Shown: positions 53,933 through 63,535 of the stretch, in pieces | Layout: the number at the start of each line of letters is the position of its first letter | Position numbering within the stretch: the stretch's first letter is position 1 | NCBI GenBank assembly: GCA_963829235.1 | Contig: CAWHIF010000007.1 | Location: forward strand, 67,723 to 131,722 | Reading direction: 5' to 3' | From: an uncultured Acidimicrobiaceae bacterium | GTDB taxonomy: Bacteria > Actinomycetota > Acidimicrobiia > Acidimicrobiales > RAAP-2 | DNA: 64,000 nt | The notes under the pieces: model-generated | Database searches by the model: none | The model's input: the letters and a program-made list of their open reading frames with translations, nothing else | What the model was told of the DNA's origin: nothing | Program-made: the position numbers and the translations under genes

Positions 53933-55342
53933 ATGAAGAAGCGCGGTTATCCTCTGACAACAGGGATTCTGGCACTTGCGACGGTGGCCGCCGCGGCGGG
54001 GTTTTGGCGGGTGTTCACCGGTGACACGTGGATCATCCCCCTCCTTGCCATGGTGCTCAGCATCCATCTGTTGGGCTGGTGGTTCCGCCGGACCAACACC
54101 TCCTTCTCGCTCGCAGTCATCGCAACCATCATGGTGATAGCCCTGGTGTCGGTTTGGGCGGTTCTGCCATCTTCCACCGCTCACGGCGTACCGTGGACAA
54201 CAACTTGGGATGCCGTGCGGAGCGCTCTGGATCACCTCGGGAGCGGCGTTCCCCATCCGCCTGTGCACCCGGATGCCGGCTACATGCTGGAGGCCCTGTG
54301 GTTGGTGGGCATAGGCGCGGCTCTCGCTGACTGGTCGGCATTTCGGGTGGGCTCAGCATTGCAAGGAATCGTTCCGGCCGTCGGGATATTCGCTCTCTGC
54401 CAGGTGCTGGGTGGATCCATCCACGGTACGGTCTTGATCGCCGGCCTGACCGGGGCCTCGACCGCCTTCCTGCTCGCACATCGGGCAACCGTGGGCAGGG
54501 CGAGGGCGACATGGCTGGGCGGATCGCCGAACGGATACCTCCGGAGTGTCATCAGAGCGGGTGCAATCGGCGTCGTAGCCGCCACCGTCGTCGCCATCGG
54601 TATCGGATCGCAACTCCCGAGTTCGGCGGCATTGGGCTCCGATCGGCAGGCGCCCGCCCGACCTCATTCCGCAGCAGCACCCCCACCGCATGCCGCAGAG
54701 AGGACGGTTCCGGCTCCGTCGACTTCGACAGCCGTCGTCCAGCCGAAGCCACGGACAGCGCCGACAGCGGTTCCCGCGTCCCGAAACGGACCGGGGAGGG
54801 CCGACCACATGAGTCCCAATGTCCCCCAGCCTGGCCGTCCACGGTGGCCGTTCGCTGTACTGGCTGCCCTCGTCGCCTTGGCCGGCTGGATCACCCTCAA
54901 CGTCGGGTATCGCCGGATGCGTTGGCGGCACCGGCGCCGGGGCGACGGACATCCCACACCGGCCTACTCGGTACGAGTGGCTTGGGCTGAACTGACTGAG
55001 ACCCTGGCCTCGTGGAACCTCCATCGCGATCGCGCCGAGACTCGTGTCGAGTTCGGCCAACGGGTAGGCTCCTCGCTGGCCATCCAATTCCGAGCCACCG
55101 CGCGCCGACATTCGTCCGATTGTGAAAGCGCGGAGCTCCTCAGGATCGAATCTCCCCGGGTTGCAGCGATCGCCGACCGGGTCGCGTTCTCCGATGACCC
55201 ACTCCCTCCGGACCTCGCCTGGTCGGCAGTGGCCGCGACCGAACAGATCGTCAAGACGCTGCGAGCGCGGGCATCCTTCGGAGCCAAGGTCGTGGGCCTC
55301 GTTGTTCCCCACCGGAGTCGGGTTGTCGGTCGAGTCGATTAA
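53933..55342 (+). CDS. polytopic membrane protein in the TgpA/transglutaminase position of MoxR-DUF58 operons, without a recognisable transglutaminase core
   Basis: It starts 5 nt after the DUF58 stop. It has about six N-terminal TM helices (DUF3488-like), a Pro/Ala-rich linker, one more TM helix, and a C-terminal DUF4129-like region (VAWAELTETL...RVAFSDDPLPPDLAWSAV). No G-x-C-x-x-F-A type Cys-His-Asp core is seen. Confidence 0.65.
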   Translation: MKKRGYPLTTGILALATVAAAAGFWRVFTGDTWIIPLLAMVLSIHLLGWWFRRTNTSFSLAVIATIMVIALVSVWAVLPSSTAHGVPWTTTWDAVRSALDHLGSGVPHPPVHPDAGYMLEALWLVGIGAALADWSAFRVGSALQGIVPAVGIFALCQVLGGSIHGTVLIAGLTGASTAFLLAHRATVGRARATWLGGSPNGYLRSVIRAGAIGVVAATVVAIGIGSQLPSSAALGSDRQAPARPHSAAAPPPHAAERTVPAPSTSTAVVQPKPRTAPTAVPASRNGPGRADHMSPNVPQPGRPRWPFAVLAALVALAGWITLNVGYRRMRWRHRRRGDGHPTPAYSVRVAWAELTETLASWNLHRDRAETRVEFGQRVGSSLAIQFRATARRHSSDCESAELLRIESPRVAAIADRVAFSDDPLPPDLAWSAVAATEQIVKTLRARASFGAKVVGLVVPHRSRVVGRVD

Positions 55343-55392
55343 CTCGTATCCAGCAAAAGAGAGGACCGAGACGGCACCGTGCCGCTTCCTCG

Positions 55393-56112
55393 ATGTGCGC
55401 CTACTCTTACAGCCATGTGGCACAAGGACACGGGCTTGTGCTGAGGGTCGTCATTGGAGAAATTCTTCCTCTTGCACTGGTGGTGACCATATCTCCGCTG
55501 AACATCATCCCGGCGATTCTCCTCCTCTTCACTCCAAGGCCACTCCTGAATGCCCTGAGCTTTCTGGCAGGTTTCGTGGGAGGCGTCGCCGTGGTCCTCG
55601 GGCTGCTCATCTCCCTCGGGGGAGCAGTCAACCTTTCGACGGACTCGGACCATTCGACTTGGGCCGGGATCCTGAAACTGGGCCTTGGCGTGTACCTCCT
55701 CTTCGCAGCGGTCAAGAAGTTCGGTGGTCGCCCAAGGGCTGGCCAGGAAGGTTCGCTCCCGAAGTGGATGGATGGAATCGCCGGATACTCCTCAACGAAG
55801 GCGCTCGGTGCCGGCGCAGCTCTTGGGGCTCTGAATCCCAAGAACCTCGTCGTCGGCTTGGCAAGTGCCGCCGCAATTTCGGAGGGAGGCCTCTCCACTA
55901 CTCAGAAATTGGTTGCAGGTGCCGTCTACGTCGTGGTCGCTGTCCTCGGGGTCGTGGCACCCATTGTCGTGATGCTCTCGCTCGGAGGTAGGGCGCATCA
56001 GGTGCTCGAGAGCTGGAATGCGTGGCTCAGACAGAACAATGCCACTGTCATGTCCGTCCTCTTCGTTGTGTTCGGCGCCGTGCTGATTGGCCAAGGCATC
56101 GCGGGCGTCTAG
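55393..56112 (+). CDS. GAP/Sap-family (PF11139-like) membrane protein
   Basis: It contains VIGEILPLALVVTISPLNIIPAILLL, LPKWMDGI and GALNPKNL, with six TM segments. An alternative start is GTG 55438. Confidence 0.7.
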   Translation: MCAYSYSHVAQGHGLVLRVVIGEILPLALVVTISPLNIIPAILLLFTPRPLLNALSFLAGFVGGVAVVLGLLISLGGAVNLSTDSDHSTWAGILKLGLGVYLLFAAVKKFGGRPRAGQEGSLPKWMDGIAGYSSTKALGAGAALGALNPKNLVVGLASAAAISEGGLSTTQKLVAGAVYVVVAVLGVVAPIVVMLSLGGRAHQVLESWNAWLRQNNATVMSVLFVVFGAVLIGQGIAGV

Positions 56113-56262
56113 GGCCAGCCGGGACGTACCGGTCGGTGACAGCTCGCGGGGCGTGACCACCGACCGCGTCCGAACGGAGGTAACGCGACCCGCTCGCCTA
56201 CGCAGTCCAGAGGCAGGGATTGGGAATGGACAGAGATCCGATCCAGGTGGAGAATCTGGCGA

Positions 56263-56532
56263 ATGGACAAGACATTTCGAGCCAGGATGCAAAAGAGCGA
56301 CAACAAAGCAGGCTGGACCTATGTCGTGATGGACGGCTCGGCTGAATACTTTGGCACCAAGGGCCTTGTCAAAGTGCGCGGAACAGTGGACGGCGAACCC
56401 TTCCAGAGTTCCTTTATGGCCCTGGGCGATGGGACGCACAAACTGCCGATCAAGGCCGAAATCCGAAAGAAGATCGATAAGGCAGAAGGAGACGAGGTGG
56501 TCATAACGCTCACTGAGCGGCTGCCGACCTAG
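56263..56532 (+). CDS. DUF1905 domain protein
   Basis: The product reads [69 protein letters not shown]. Confidence 0.8.
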   Translation: MDKTFRARMQKSDNKAGWTYVVMDGSAEYFGTKGLVKVRGTVDGEPFQSSFMALGDGTHKLPIKAEIRKKIDKAEGDEVVITLTERLPT

Positions 56533-57087
56533 CTGTCCGGCCCATGAGGTGCAGCCTCACCGATCCGGAGATTGGGGCATGCCTTCAAACCATTGGCGAG
56601 CCGAATCTGAGAACGTTGCCGTCAGTCGCTTGCAGTGATCAAGCGATGCATCGAGGTCGCGGACGGGCAGGATCGGGGCCACTCGCCTTGCAGTTGCCAT
56701 GCAGGCAGAGTGCACCAAATGCCCCCGCGCTGCAGTTGACGACGAGCACACGGCGGCAGCCACGTATCTGGTTCGGGCACCGTCCGACGCCGGTGAACAC
56801 CGCTGTCCCGTTGCCCTTCAGGTCGGACACGCCCAAATTGCCGTTCGGGCCGATCACACCGTCCTGGCCGGCAACCCTGCCTGTGCCGGTCACGAGCTGG
56901 TTCGAGACCACCAAGTCGTTGGGATTCGGCGGTCCGATGGTGGCACTGGTGCCGGATTGCCCCCGTCCCTCACCTCTGTTGACGGTCGAGGCGGCCGTTC
57001 ATCGAAACGGACTTGACCTCCCTGCTGACAGTCACCAATCTGTGTCCGTGCCCATTCACCTTCCCCGGACAGCCGGCTGACCGACCC

Positions 57088-58275
57088 ATGGGTGTTCTCG
57101 ATGGGGTCAAGGTAATCGAGGCCGGATTGCTGGTGCAGGGCCCCCAAGCGTCTCTGACCATGCTTGAGTGGGGTGCCGAGGTCATCAAAGTCGAACTCCC
57201 CGGATTCGGCGACCAGAGCCGGTGGTTGCCGATCAGCCGGGAAGACCGGCGGTCGGCATTCTTTACCGCCTACAACCGGGGCAAGCGAAGCGTGACGATC
57301 GACCTGCGCGTCTCCACGGGTCGCGAGGTCTTCCTTCGACTGCTCGAGGGGGCCGACGTCGTGATCACGAACTTCAAGCCCGGGACAATGGAGAGCTGGG
57401 GTCTGGGCTATGCCGACGCGGCGGCGCGCAACGAGCGGATCGTCTACGCCATGGGGTCGTCGTTCGGCCCCGAAGGTCCCGACGCCGGCCGCGAAGGAGC
57501 CGACCTCAGCGGACAGGCGGCCGGTGGCCTGATCAGCACGACTGGTGGAAGAGGGGCCGACCCGAGTTCGATCGGGGCCACGGTGGCCGACCACATCGCG
57601 AGCCAGAACCTTCTTGCCGGGATACTCGGAGCTCTGTACGCACGAGAGCGGACGGGCCGAGGGCAGCTGATCGAAACCTCCTTGCTCGGTGGCCAGATCT
57701 GGGCCCAGGCCGGCGAATACACGCGCTATCTCATGTCCGGGTCGGTCTCGGGGCCGAGCGGCCGGGGTCACCCGATGATCCCGGGCATCTACGGCGTCTT
57801 CCCGACCTCTGACGGCTGGATCGCCATCGTGGGCGTCGCCGGGCCGGCCCGCGATCTCTTCTACCGAACTATCGGTCGGCCGGATCTCATCGAGCAGTTC
57901 GATCAGCTCCTCTACTTCGAGGATGACCGGGCCGCTTTGTGGCCCATCCTCGACGAGGTATTCGCACAGAAGCCGACCGCCGAATGGTGCCGCCTGCTGG
58001 GGGACGCCGGCCTGCGTTTCGCCCCGGTGCGCGATCACGCCGAGGTGGCGGCCGACCCCGGCGTCAGAGCGAACGGCTACATCACCCGGGTCACCGGATC
58101 CGGCAAAGGCGCAGCTGAGCGGGAAATCGTGCGTGCCCCGGTTCGCTTCGCCGGTCAGGTACCGCCGGCCGTCGTCGAGGTCCCCGAGCTCGGCGAGCAC
58201 ACCGAAGAGGTTCTTCTCGAGAACGGATACTCCTGGAGCGACATCGGGGCCCTGTCGGGGGACGGTGCCATTTAG
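57088..58275 (+). CDS. family III CoA-transferase (CaiB/BaiF type)
   Basis: It contains LDGVKVIEAGLLVQGPQASLTMLEWGAEVIKVE, NRGKRSVTIDL, DVVITNFKPGTMESWGL, VADHIAS (catalytic Asp context) and ELGEHTEEVL. Confidence 0.9.
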   Translation: MGVLDGVKVIEAGLLVQGPQASLTMLEWGAEVIKVELPGFGDQSRWLPISREDRRSAFFTAYNRGKRSVTIDLRVSTGREVFLRLLEGADVVITNFKPGTMESWGLGYADAAARNERIVYAMGSSFGPEGPDAGREGADLSGQAAGGLISTTGGRGADPSSIGATVADHIASQNLLAGILGALYARERTGRGQLIETSLLGGQIWAQAGEYTRYLMSGSVSGPSGRGHPMIPGIYGVFPTSDGWIAIVGVAGPARDLFYRTIGRPDLIEQFDQLLYFEDDRAALWPILDEVFAQKPTAEWCRLLGDAGLRFAPVRDHAEVAADPGVRANGYITRVTGSGKGAAEREIVRAPVRFAGQVPPAVVEVPELGEHTEEVLLENGYSWSDIGALSGDGAI

Positions 58276-58528
58276 ATCACATTTAGATCCGGGCGGACCG
58301 CGGGCCCTTCTCGGGAAGGGTTGGCGTCGCTTGGTCTCGGAGGGAGTGAACCGGTTTCGGTCATCGGTGATCGGACACCCTTTCGGAGATCCCCGACGGA
58401 TGGAAGATAGCGGGATGACGGAGCTGGAGTCCTACTGCGTGAACTGGTGCTCGGACGTCGACATCCGCGTCGTTGTTCTGTGCTGCCTGGAAGCTACGCT
58501 TGTGAGTCCGGCGTGAACGGGGGATCCT

Positions 58529-58825
58529 GTGACCGGTGATGTGCCTACTTTGCAAGCCTCTCGGACAAAACTTGATGCTATCGACGCATCACTCGTGCGA
58601 CTCCTTGCTCGGAGGTCCCAGGTCATTCTCGATGTGATCCGATACAAGAGGGTCAACTCGATGGCCGTCGTCGATCGAGATCGTGAGGACAGGATGTTGG
58701 CCGGCATTGAGGACCTGGCGAGTTCAGAGCGTGTCGATCCCAGGATCGCCCGACAGGTCCTGCGATCGGTCATCGACGCCTTTACGCTGCTCGAGATCGA
58801 GGACCTTGGGCCGGATCCCACCTGA
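58529..58825 (+). CDS. chorismate mutase (AroQ class)
   Basis: GTG start. It contains LQASRTKLDAIDASLVRLLARRSQVILDVIRYKR, DRDREDRML and IARQVLRSVIDAF. Confidence 0.85.
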   Translation: MTGDVPTLQASRTKLDAIDASLVRLLARRSQVILDVIRYKRVNSMAVVDRDREDRMLAGIEDLASSERVDPRIARQVLRSVIDAFTLLEIEDLGPDPT

Positions 58826-59134
58826 AAGGCGGCGGACGATTCGGCTCACCGAGGTACCTCCGAGTCCCGGTGTCGTGAACGAGGCGTGAGCATGGAGTCG
58901 ACCGAACTCAGGCGGTCGGGCTGACGCCGCGACTCATACGACCGTCTATCGTGGAAGGGACACCCCGTAACGCAAAGGGCTATGGGCTCGTTTGAGAGAG
59001 GCAAGGTGTGAGGGCCGGCGTCTGCCTGCCCAGAAGTCCGAACGGGGGACAATGGATGAGATCCACTGCCGAGACTCCTCCGAATTGATGATGCCGGCGT
59101 TTAGAGCGAGATCTTGAAAGGGTATGGAGCTTCG

Positions 59135-60238
59135 ATGACGCTTACTCGAGGAGCCCGCAGACCTGTTGCCGTGGTTCCGGTTGCCGTGTTCCTCACCGCG
59201 GTCGGACTGCTCATTTCGACGGTGCTGGCCATCCCCGGAAGTGCCACCACTCTCCCCTCCGGGTCGACGACGGCCCAGCACGGAGTCAATGTCTATGTCG
59301 AGGAGAACGGTGAGGCGGCCAACCAGTGGCAGGCCGACGCGACCAACGAGATGAGAGGCATCAAGTCCCTGGACGCGAACGCCGTTGCCATCGCGTTCCC
59401 GTTCTACACGCCCTCACTCCATGCGAACTGCGTCTACGCCTATACCGCGAACGAGTGCAGCGGAGGACCCACTTCAAAGTCGCCGGCGCCGGCCCGGGTG
59501 GCCGTTCTGGTCAAGGCGGCCCAGCTCGCCGGTCTGCACGTCCTCCTCCGACCCCTCATGGACGAGACCAATCTGAGCCCCGATTGGCGAGGTGACATCG
59601 ATCCGGCGAGCCGAGCGGCGTGGTTCACCAGCTACGCGGACATGTTGGCCCCGTATCTGACCATGGCCCAATCGGACGGGGTGACCGATTTCACCATCTC
59701 GCTCGAGCTGGCCAGTCTGGCGACGGCCACACAGTGGTCGTCACTCATCACATGGGCCAAGAAGATCTACCACCGTCAGTTGGTCTTCGCCACAAGTTGG
59801 AGGGCCAGCCTCCCGGGAGGCAAGGGCGAGGTCCACGCGGGCACCTCCGTCGGCATGGACTCTTATCCAGGCCTTACCAAAGCCACCCCCACCTGGTCGG
59901 TGGCCCAGCTACTGGCCGGGTGGAACTCGTACCTCAAATCCAAGCCGTACGGGACTGCAGATAGCAATGTCACGATCGACGAGGTCGGTATCGAGGCCGT
60001 GGACGGTGCCTACAAGACCCCCTACATCGCCGTCAGCGGTAAGTTCAACCAGTTGATTCAGGCCAACTGGTTCGACGCGGCCTGCCAGTTCTACAAGGCC
60101 CACAAGCAGAGCGGTATCTATTTCTGGGGCCCGGATTTCACCTTCAACGATGGGAAGCTCACGTCCGCGCCCGTTCCCAGCGAACCCGAACAGCTGCAAC
60201 CAGACGGCTGGGCCGCCATCAAGGCGTGCTTCAAATGA
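59135..60238 (+). CDS. secreted TIM-barrel glycoside-hydrolase-like protein (GH113/GH5-like pattern)
   Basis: It has a signal/TM segment (RRPVAVVPVAVFLTAVGLLISTVLAIPGSA). The pattern reads NAVAIAFPFY...LVKAAQLAGLHVLLRPLMDE...WRGDIDP...WFTSYADMLAPYLTMAQSDGVTDFTISLELASL. The family assignment is tentative. Confidence 0.55.
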   Translation: MTLTRGARRPVAVVPVAVFLTAVGLLISTVLAIPGSATTLPSGSTTAQHGVNVYVEENGEAANQWQADATNEMRGIKSLDANAVAIAFPFYTPSLHANCVYAYTANECSGGPTSKSPAPARVAVLVKAAQLAGLHVLLRPLMDETNLSPDWRGDIDPASRAAWFTSYADMLAPYLTMAQSDGVTDFTISLELASLATATQWSSLITWAKKIYHRQLVFATSWRASLPGGKGEVHAGTSVGMDSYPGLTKATPTWSVAQLLAGWNSYLKSKPYGTADSNVTIDEVGIEAVDGAYKTPYIAVSGKFNQLIQANWFDAACQFYKAHKQSGIYFWGPDFTFNDGKLTSAPVPSEPEQLQPDGWAAIKACFK

Positions 60239-60536
60239 CCGCCAGCTGACCGCGAGCTGACCGTGACCTCACCTGCCGGGTCTCAGTAACGGGAACTCTT
60301 CGACCCCCGGTCGGGCACTCCTTCTGGGCCGTGAAGCGATCGGCAAGCACGGGTCTCTCGATGCGCTCCAAAGCCGGCATGTTCCAGGCGGCGGCAGCAG
60401 ATATTGCACTGGGGGACCATGACCCCTGCCTTCAAGGCGAATCCCCCACTCGGCACGAACGGCCGTCGGCTCGTGTCGAGTGGTGGGCGGTCGTCAGCCG
60501 GTGCTGTCGGCCAGGTCTTCTGCTGGAAGTAGTCCC

Positions 60537-60725
60537 CTAGCTGGCGACCTCGGCGGGCTCGGCTTCCTCGATCACAGAGAGCCAGCCGTTGCCAGCTAGG
60601 CACCACATGACCTCGTTCCGATTGGGCACGTCGGCGGTCCGTCCGATGAGTTGCTCATACCGGCCCACCGCTGCCTGTAGGTCGGCTATCGGGAGGCCGG
60701 CAAAGAGAACCTCCGTGGTCACCAC
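60537..60725 (-). pseudogene. truncated VOC/glyoxalase-like gene (N-terminal 62 aa only)
   Basis: MVTTEVLFAGLPIADLQAAVGRYEQLIGRTADVPNRNEVMWCLAGNGWLSVIEEAEPAEVAS-stop matches the first half of VOC proteins of the type (..pVaDl.aA..wYe.l.Gr..d..p...E.mW.l......yv..d). The expected second half is not in frame downstream. Confidence 0.5.
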
Positions 60726-60744
60726 AGCCGCCTGGTCTCGACCG

Positions 60745-62094
60745 TCAGGCCCCCGGTGTCCCCGGCATCGGAGTGACCGGTACCGGGTCCTTGGGATTCT
60801 TGTTCACACAGACGAACACCTGCTTCCCCTGGCCGAAGACCGGTACGTACTTGCCCCCTTGGACCTGTATATAGGCACTGCAGTCCGGCCAGGTGGTGCC
60901 GGTATGACTCACCGCCCAGTCGACCGGCGCCGAGACACCGCCGGCGGTGAAGTTGGTGATCTCATTGGTGGCGGCGATGACACCGGCCTGGGTGGGATCC
61001 TTGCCGGCGGCCTTCACGCCGGCCGCGATGAGGGCCGCCGACTGCCACCCCTGAAAGGCCACACCGTTGTAAATGAAGTTGGGCTCGTACTTGGCCATGG
61101 CGGCCAGGTAGGCGAGCATGCCGGGGTAGGTGTCGCCGTAGCGGGATTTGTCGCCGGCCTGAAAGGGCACACCTCCGACGTTGTCGACATAGACCCCCTC
61201 CATCAGGCTGCCGTACTGGTCGAGGAGGGCCTGATCGTATCCGTTCAGCCAGAACTGCTTGATCTTGAGGCCGTACTGCTGGATGTCCCGGGCCAGAGTG
61301 ATGTTGTCCGAGGCCTGCATGCAGGTGACCACCAGTTGGGCGCCGGACTGCTGCAGCCGCTGCACGTCGGAGCTGTAGCTCCCCCCGAGCTGGGCCCCGA
61401 CGTCGGCCAGCACTACATTGAATCCTGCCTGTTTCATTCCTGTGGCATAGGAGCTGCACGCGTCGTACGACGAGGCGATGGACGGCCCGTAGCTGATGAA
61501 GGCCACCGACCTGGCCGCCACCTTTTTGATGAAGTACGCCATGCTGGAGTACCCGTTGGCATACACCTGGGTGGAACCCCCTACGGCGTAGAGGTTGGGG
61601 GCTCCTTGCCAGTTGGCGCTCACGTTGTACCCGTAGGTCGGGGTCTTCGTCGTCACGAAGTAGTTCGGGGTGAACCAGGCCGACGCCACTCCGATGGCGA
61701 ACACATGGTCCTGGTCGATAAGGGTGTGGGCGTCCTGGATGAACTGGGTCGGCGAGCCGCCGTCGTCCAGGTTGTCGGTGAGCACGATATGGCGCCCGTT
61801 GATCCCACCGTTGGCGTTGAGGGTGTTGAAGTAGGCGATCATGCCGGGGGCGATCCCGTCGAAATAGCCGGCCAACTCCCCGGTCTTCGACGAGATGGCT
61901 CCGATGTTGATCTGTGTTTTCGAAACCCCGGGCGACGTGCCAGTGGTCCTCCCACCGGACGTGGTCGAACTCGACGCGGCCGTTGTTGTCGTCGTGCTCG
62001 ACGCCGAGCTTCCAGACGAACAGCCCGCGGCGATGACGGCTACTCCGAACACCAGGGCCCCCGGCCACGTCCATGCAGTGCGGCCCTTACCCAT
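60745..62094 (-). CDS. ABC transporter substrate-binding lipoprotein (Leu/Ile/Val-binding, Peripla_BP_6-like)
   Basis: The lipobox is VIAAGCSS, followed by a Ser/Thr linker. The binding-domain pattern reads INIGAISSKTGELAGYFDGIAPGMIAYFNTLNANGGINGRHIVL...DDGG. Confidence 0.85.
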   Translation of the reverse strand: MGKGRTAWTWPGALVFGVAVIAAGCSSGSSASSTTTTTAASSSTTSGGRTTGTSPGVSKTQINIGAISSKTGELAGYFDGIAPGMIAYFNTLNANGGINGRHIVLTDNLDDGGSPTQFIQDAHTLIDQDHVFAIGVASAWFTPNYFVTTKTPTYGYNVSANWQGAPNLYAVGGSTQVYANGYSSMAYFIKKVAARSVAFISYGPSIASSYDACSSYATGMKQAGFNVVLADVGAQLGGSYSSDVQRLQQSGAQLVVTCMQASDNITLARDIQQYGLKIKQFWLNGYDQALLDQYGSLMEGVYVDNVGGVPFQAGDKSRYGDTYPGMLAYLAAMAKYEPNFIYNGVAFQGWQSAALIAAGVKAAGKDPTQAGVIAATNEITNFTAGGVSAPVDWAVSHTGTTWPDCSAYIQVQGGKYVPVFGQGKQVFVCVNKNPKDPVPVTPMPGTPGA

Positions 62095-62342
62095 ATCTCA
62101 CTTCCCCCTAACCGAGTGGACCTATCGGATCGTCACCGATGCCGTCAGCCGCAGGTTGCCGGATCCACTTCCCGCGAAGGCCAATCCGCAGTGACCCTAG
62201 GCGAGGCCGTTCCCGGTGAGCAAGGGGCGGCGACGACTTCGGTCCGGAGCCCGAAGGCGGCTGAGGTCCGGGTGGCGTGAAAGTCCTTTCGGCATCCGGA
62301 CCTTCGAGCGATATACCCTCAGACGAGCTACCCACGGAGGTG

Positions 62343-63488
62343 ATGATGGCCAACACGCGTTCTGAACGAGACCTGTCGCTTCACCTTACGGCCCTGCTCT
62401 CGGCGCTGCTGGTGGCCTTTACCATCGAGTTCGACAATGAGTTCGAGCATCGCATGCCGCACCGGACGACTCGCCACGGGCGCACGGCGGGGGCAGGTCC
62501 TCGACCATGGTTGATCTCCATGGCCATGTGGGTCCACGTCATGCGTCTCGTACCGGAAGACGGCATCAGTGCCCGGGATCTGGTTCGGCGGTCACAGCTC
62601 ACGCCCAAGAGCATGCAGGTCCTCGTCAAGCGGGTCGGGCAATGGTGGGGTTATCTGGAGGTGGGGCCGGATCCCGCCGATGGGCGGGCCAGCCCGCCTG
62701 CTTCGGATTGGGTGGTCCGACCCACGAAGGCGGGCCGCGACGCGCAGGGCATCTGGGCACTGCTCACCGATGAAATCGAGGCGCGGTGGAACGATCGATT
62801 TGGTCGAAACGCAGTGGGCGATCTGCGGACCGCGCTGGCGGATGTGGTGGGGCGACTGGATGTAGATCTCCCCGATTATCCTCTCGGCGAACCGCGCCTA
62901 CCACCGCGGCAGCTGACCAGGGGTGACGTAGAGTTGCCGCTGACCGCCCTGCTCTCGAAGGTGCTGCTGGCGCTGGCGCTCGATTTCGACGACCACTCGA
63001 ATCTGTCCCTCGAGATCTACACCGCGGGGGTGGGGTCCCGCCTGCCGATCTGCGCCAATGTCTTGCGCCTCATCGGCGACAACGGGGTCGTCGTGGTCAG
63101 GATCCCCGAACTGAGCGGCGTTGACAAGATGGCCATCGACAACTGGGTCCGCATTCTGGACAAGCGCAGTTATATCGAGGTGGCGTCAGAGCCTGGCGAC
63201 CGGCGACGCGTGGCCCGGTTGACTCCCGAAGGAGTGCAGGCCCGCGACGCGTACTTCGACTGGACGGAGTCACTCGAAGGGCGCTGGCCCGACGCCCGAT
63301 CGTCGGGGGCGGTCCGGCGTCTACGGCGGGCCGCCGCGCAAATCGTCGGGGACCCCGCTCCGGGTTCGCCTCTCTGGAAAGGCATGGAGCCCTACCCGGA
63401 CGGATGGCGGAGCGAGATGCCGCCGCGACAAGTCCTGCCGCACTTCCCGGCGGTGACCGCCAAAGGAGGGTTCCCGGACGGCAGCTGA
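62343..63488 (+). CDS. protein with two MarR-like winged-helix units in tandem
   Basis: ATG 62343 follows GGAGG. Unit 1 reads ISARDLVRRSQLTPKSMQVLVKRVGQWWGYLEV...VVRPTKAGRDA. Unit 2 reads IPELSGVDKMAIDNWVRILDKRSYIEVASEPGDRRRVARLTPEGVQARD. Confidence 0.65.
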   Translation: MMANTRSERDLSLHLTALLSALLVAFTIEFDNEFEHRMPHRTTRHGRTAGAGPRPWLISMAMWVHVMRLVPEDGISARDLVRRSQLTPKSMQVLVKRVGQWWGYLEVGPDPADGRASPPASDWVVRPTKAGRDAQGIWALLTDEIEARWNDRFGRNAVGDLRTALADVVGRLDVDLPDYPLGEPRLPPRQLTRGDVELPLTALLSKVLLALALDFDDHSNLSLEIYTAGVGSRLPICANVLRLIGDNGVVVVRIPELSGVDKMAIDNWVRILDKRSYIEVASEPGDRRRVARLTPEGVQARDAYFDWTESLEGRWPDARSSGAVRRLRRAAAQIVGDPAPGSPLWKGMEPYPDGWRSEMPPRQVLPHFPAVTAKGGFPDGS

Positions 63489-63535
63489 GGTCCCGGAGTT
63501 TTCGCGGCTTTCGAGCTGTGGGGACGACGAGCCGG

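Noticed and set aside
58270-58290. Direct duplication ATTTAGATCac-ATTTAGATCc at the CoA-transferase stop codon
   Set aside because: It is real but tiny (9 of 11 bp, twice). It is most simply a slippage footprint, with no functional inference possible.
58415-58516. 33-codon Cys-rich ORF (MTELESYCVNWCSDVDIRVVVLCCLEATLVSPA) upstream of chorismate mutase as a possible attenuation leader peptide
   Set aside because: It has no run of Phe/Tyr/Trp codons, no obvious terminator/antiterminator pair and a weak RBS.
58951-58990. c-di-GMP-I (GEMM-I)-like ACGCAAAGGGCTATGGGCTC upstream of the secreted glycosidase-like gene
   Set aside because: Only the ACGCAAAG(C/G) half-motif is present. The upstream GGCAAA element and the GNRA hairpin are not evident. 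A cmsearch with RF01051 would settle it.
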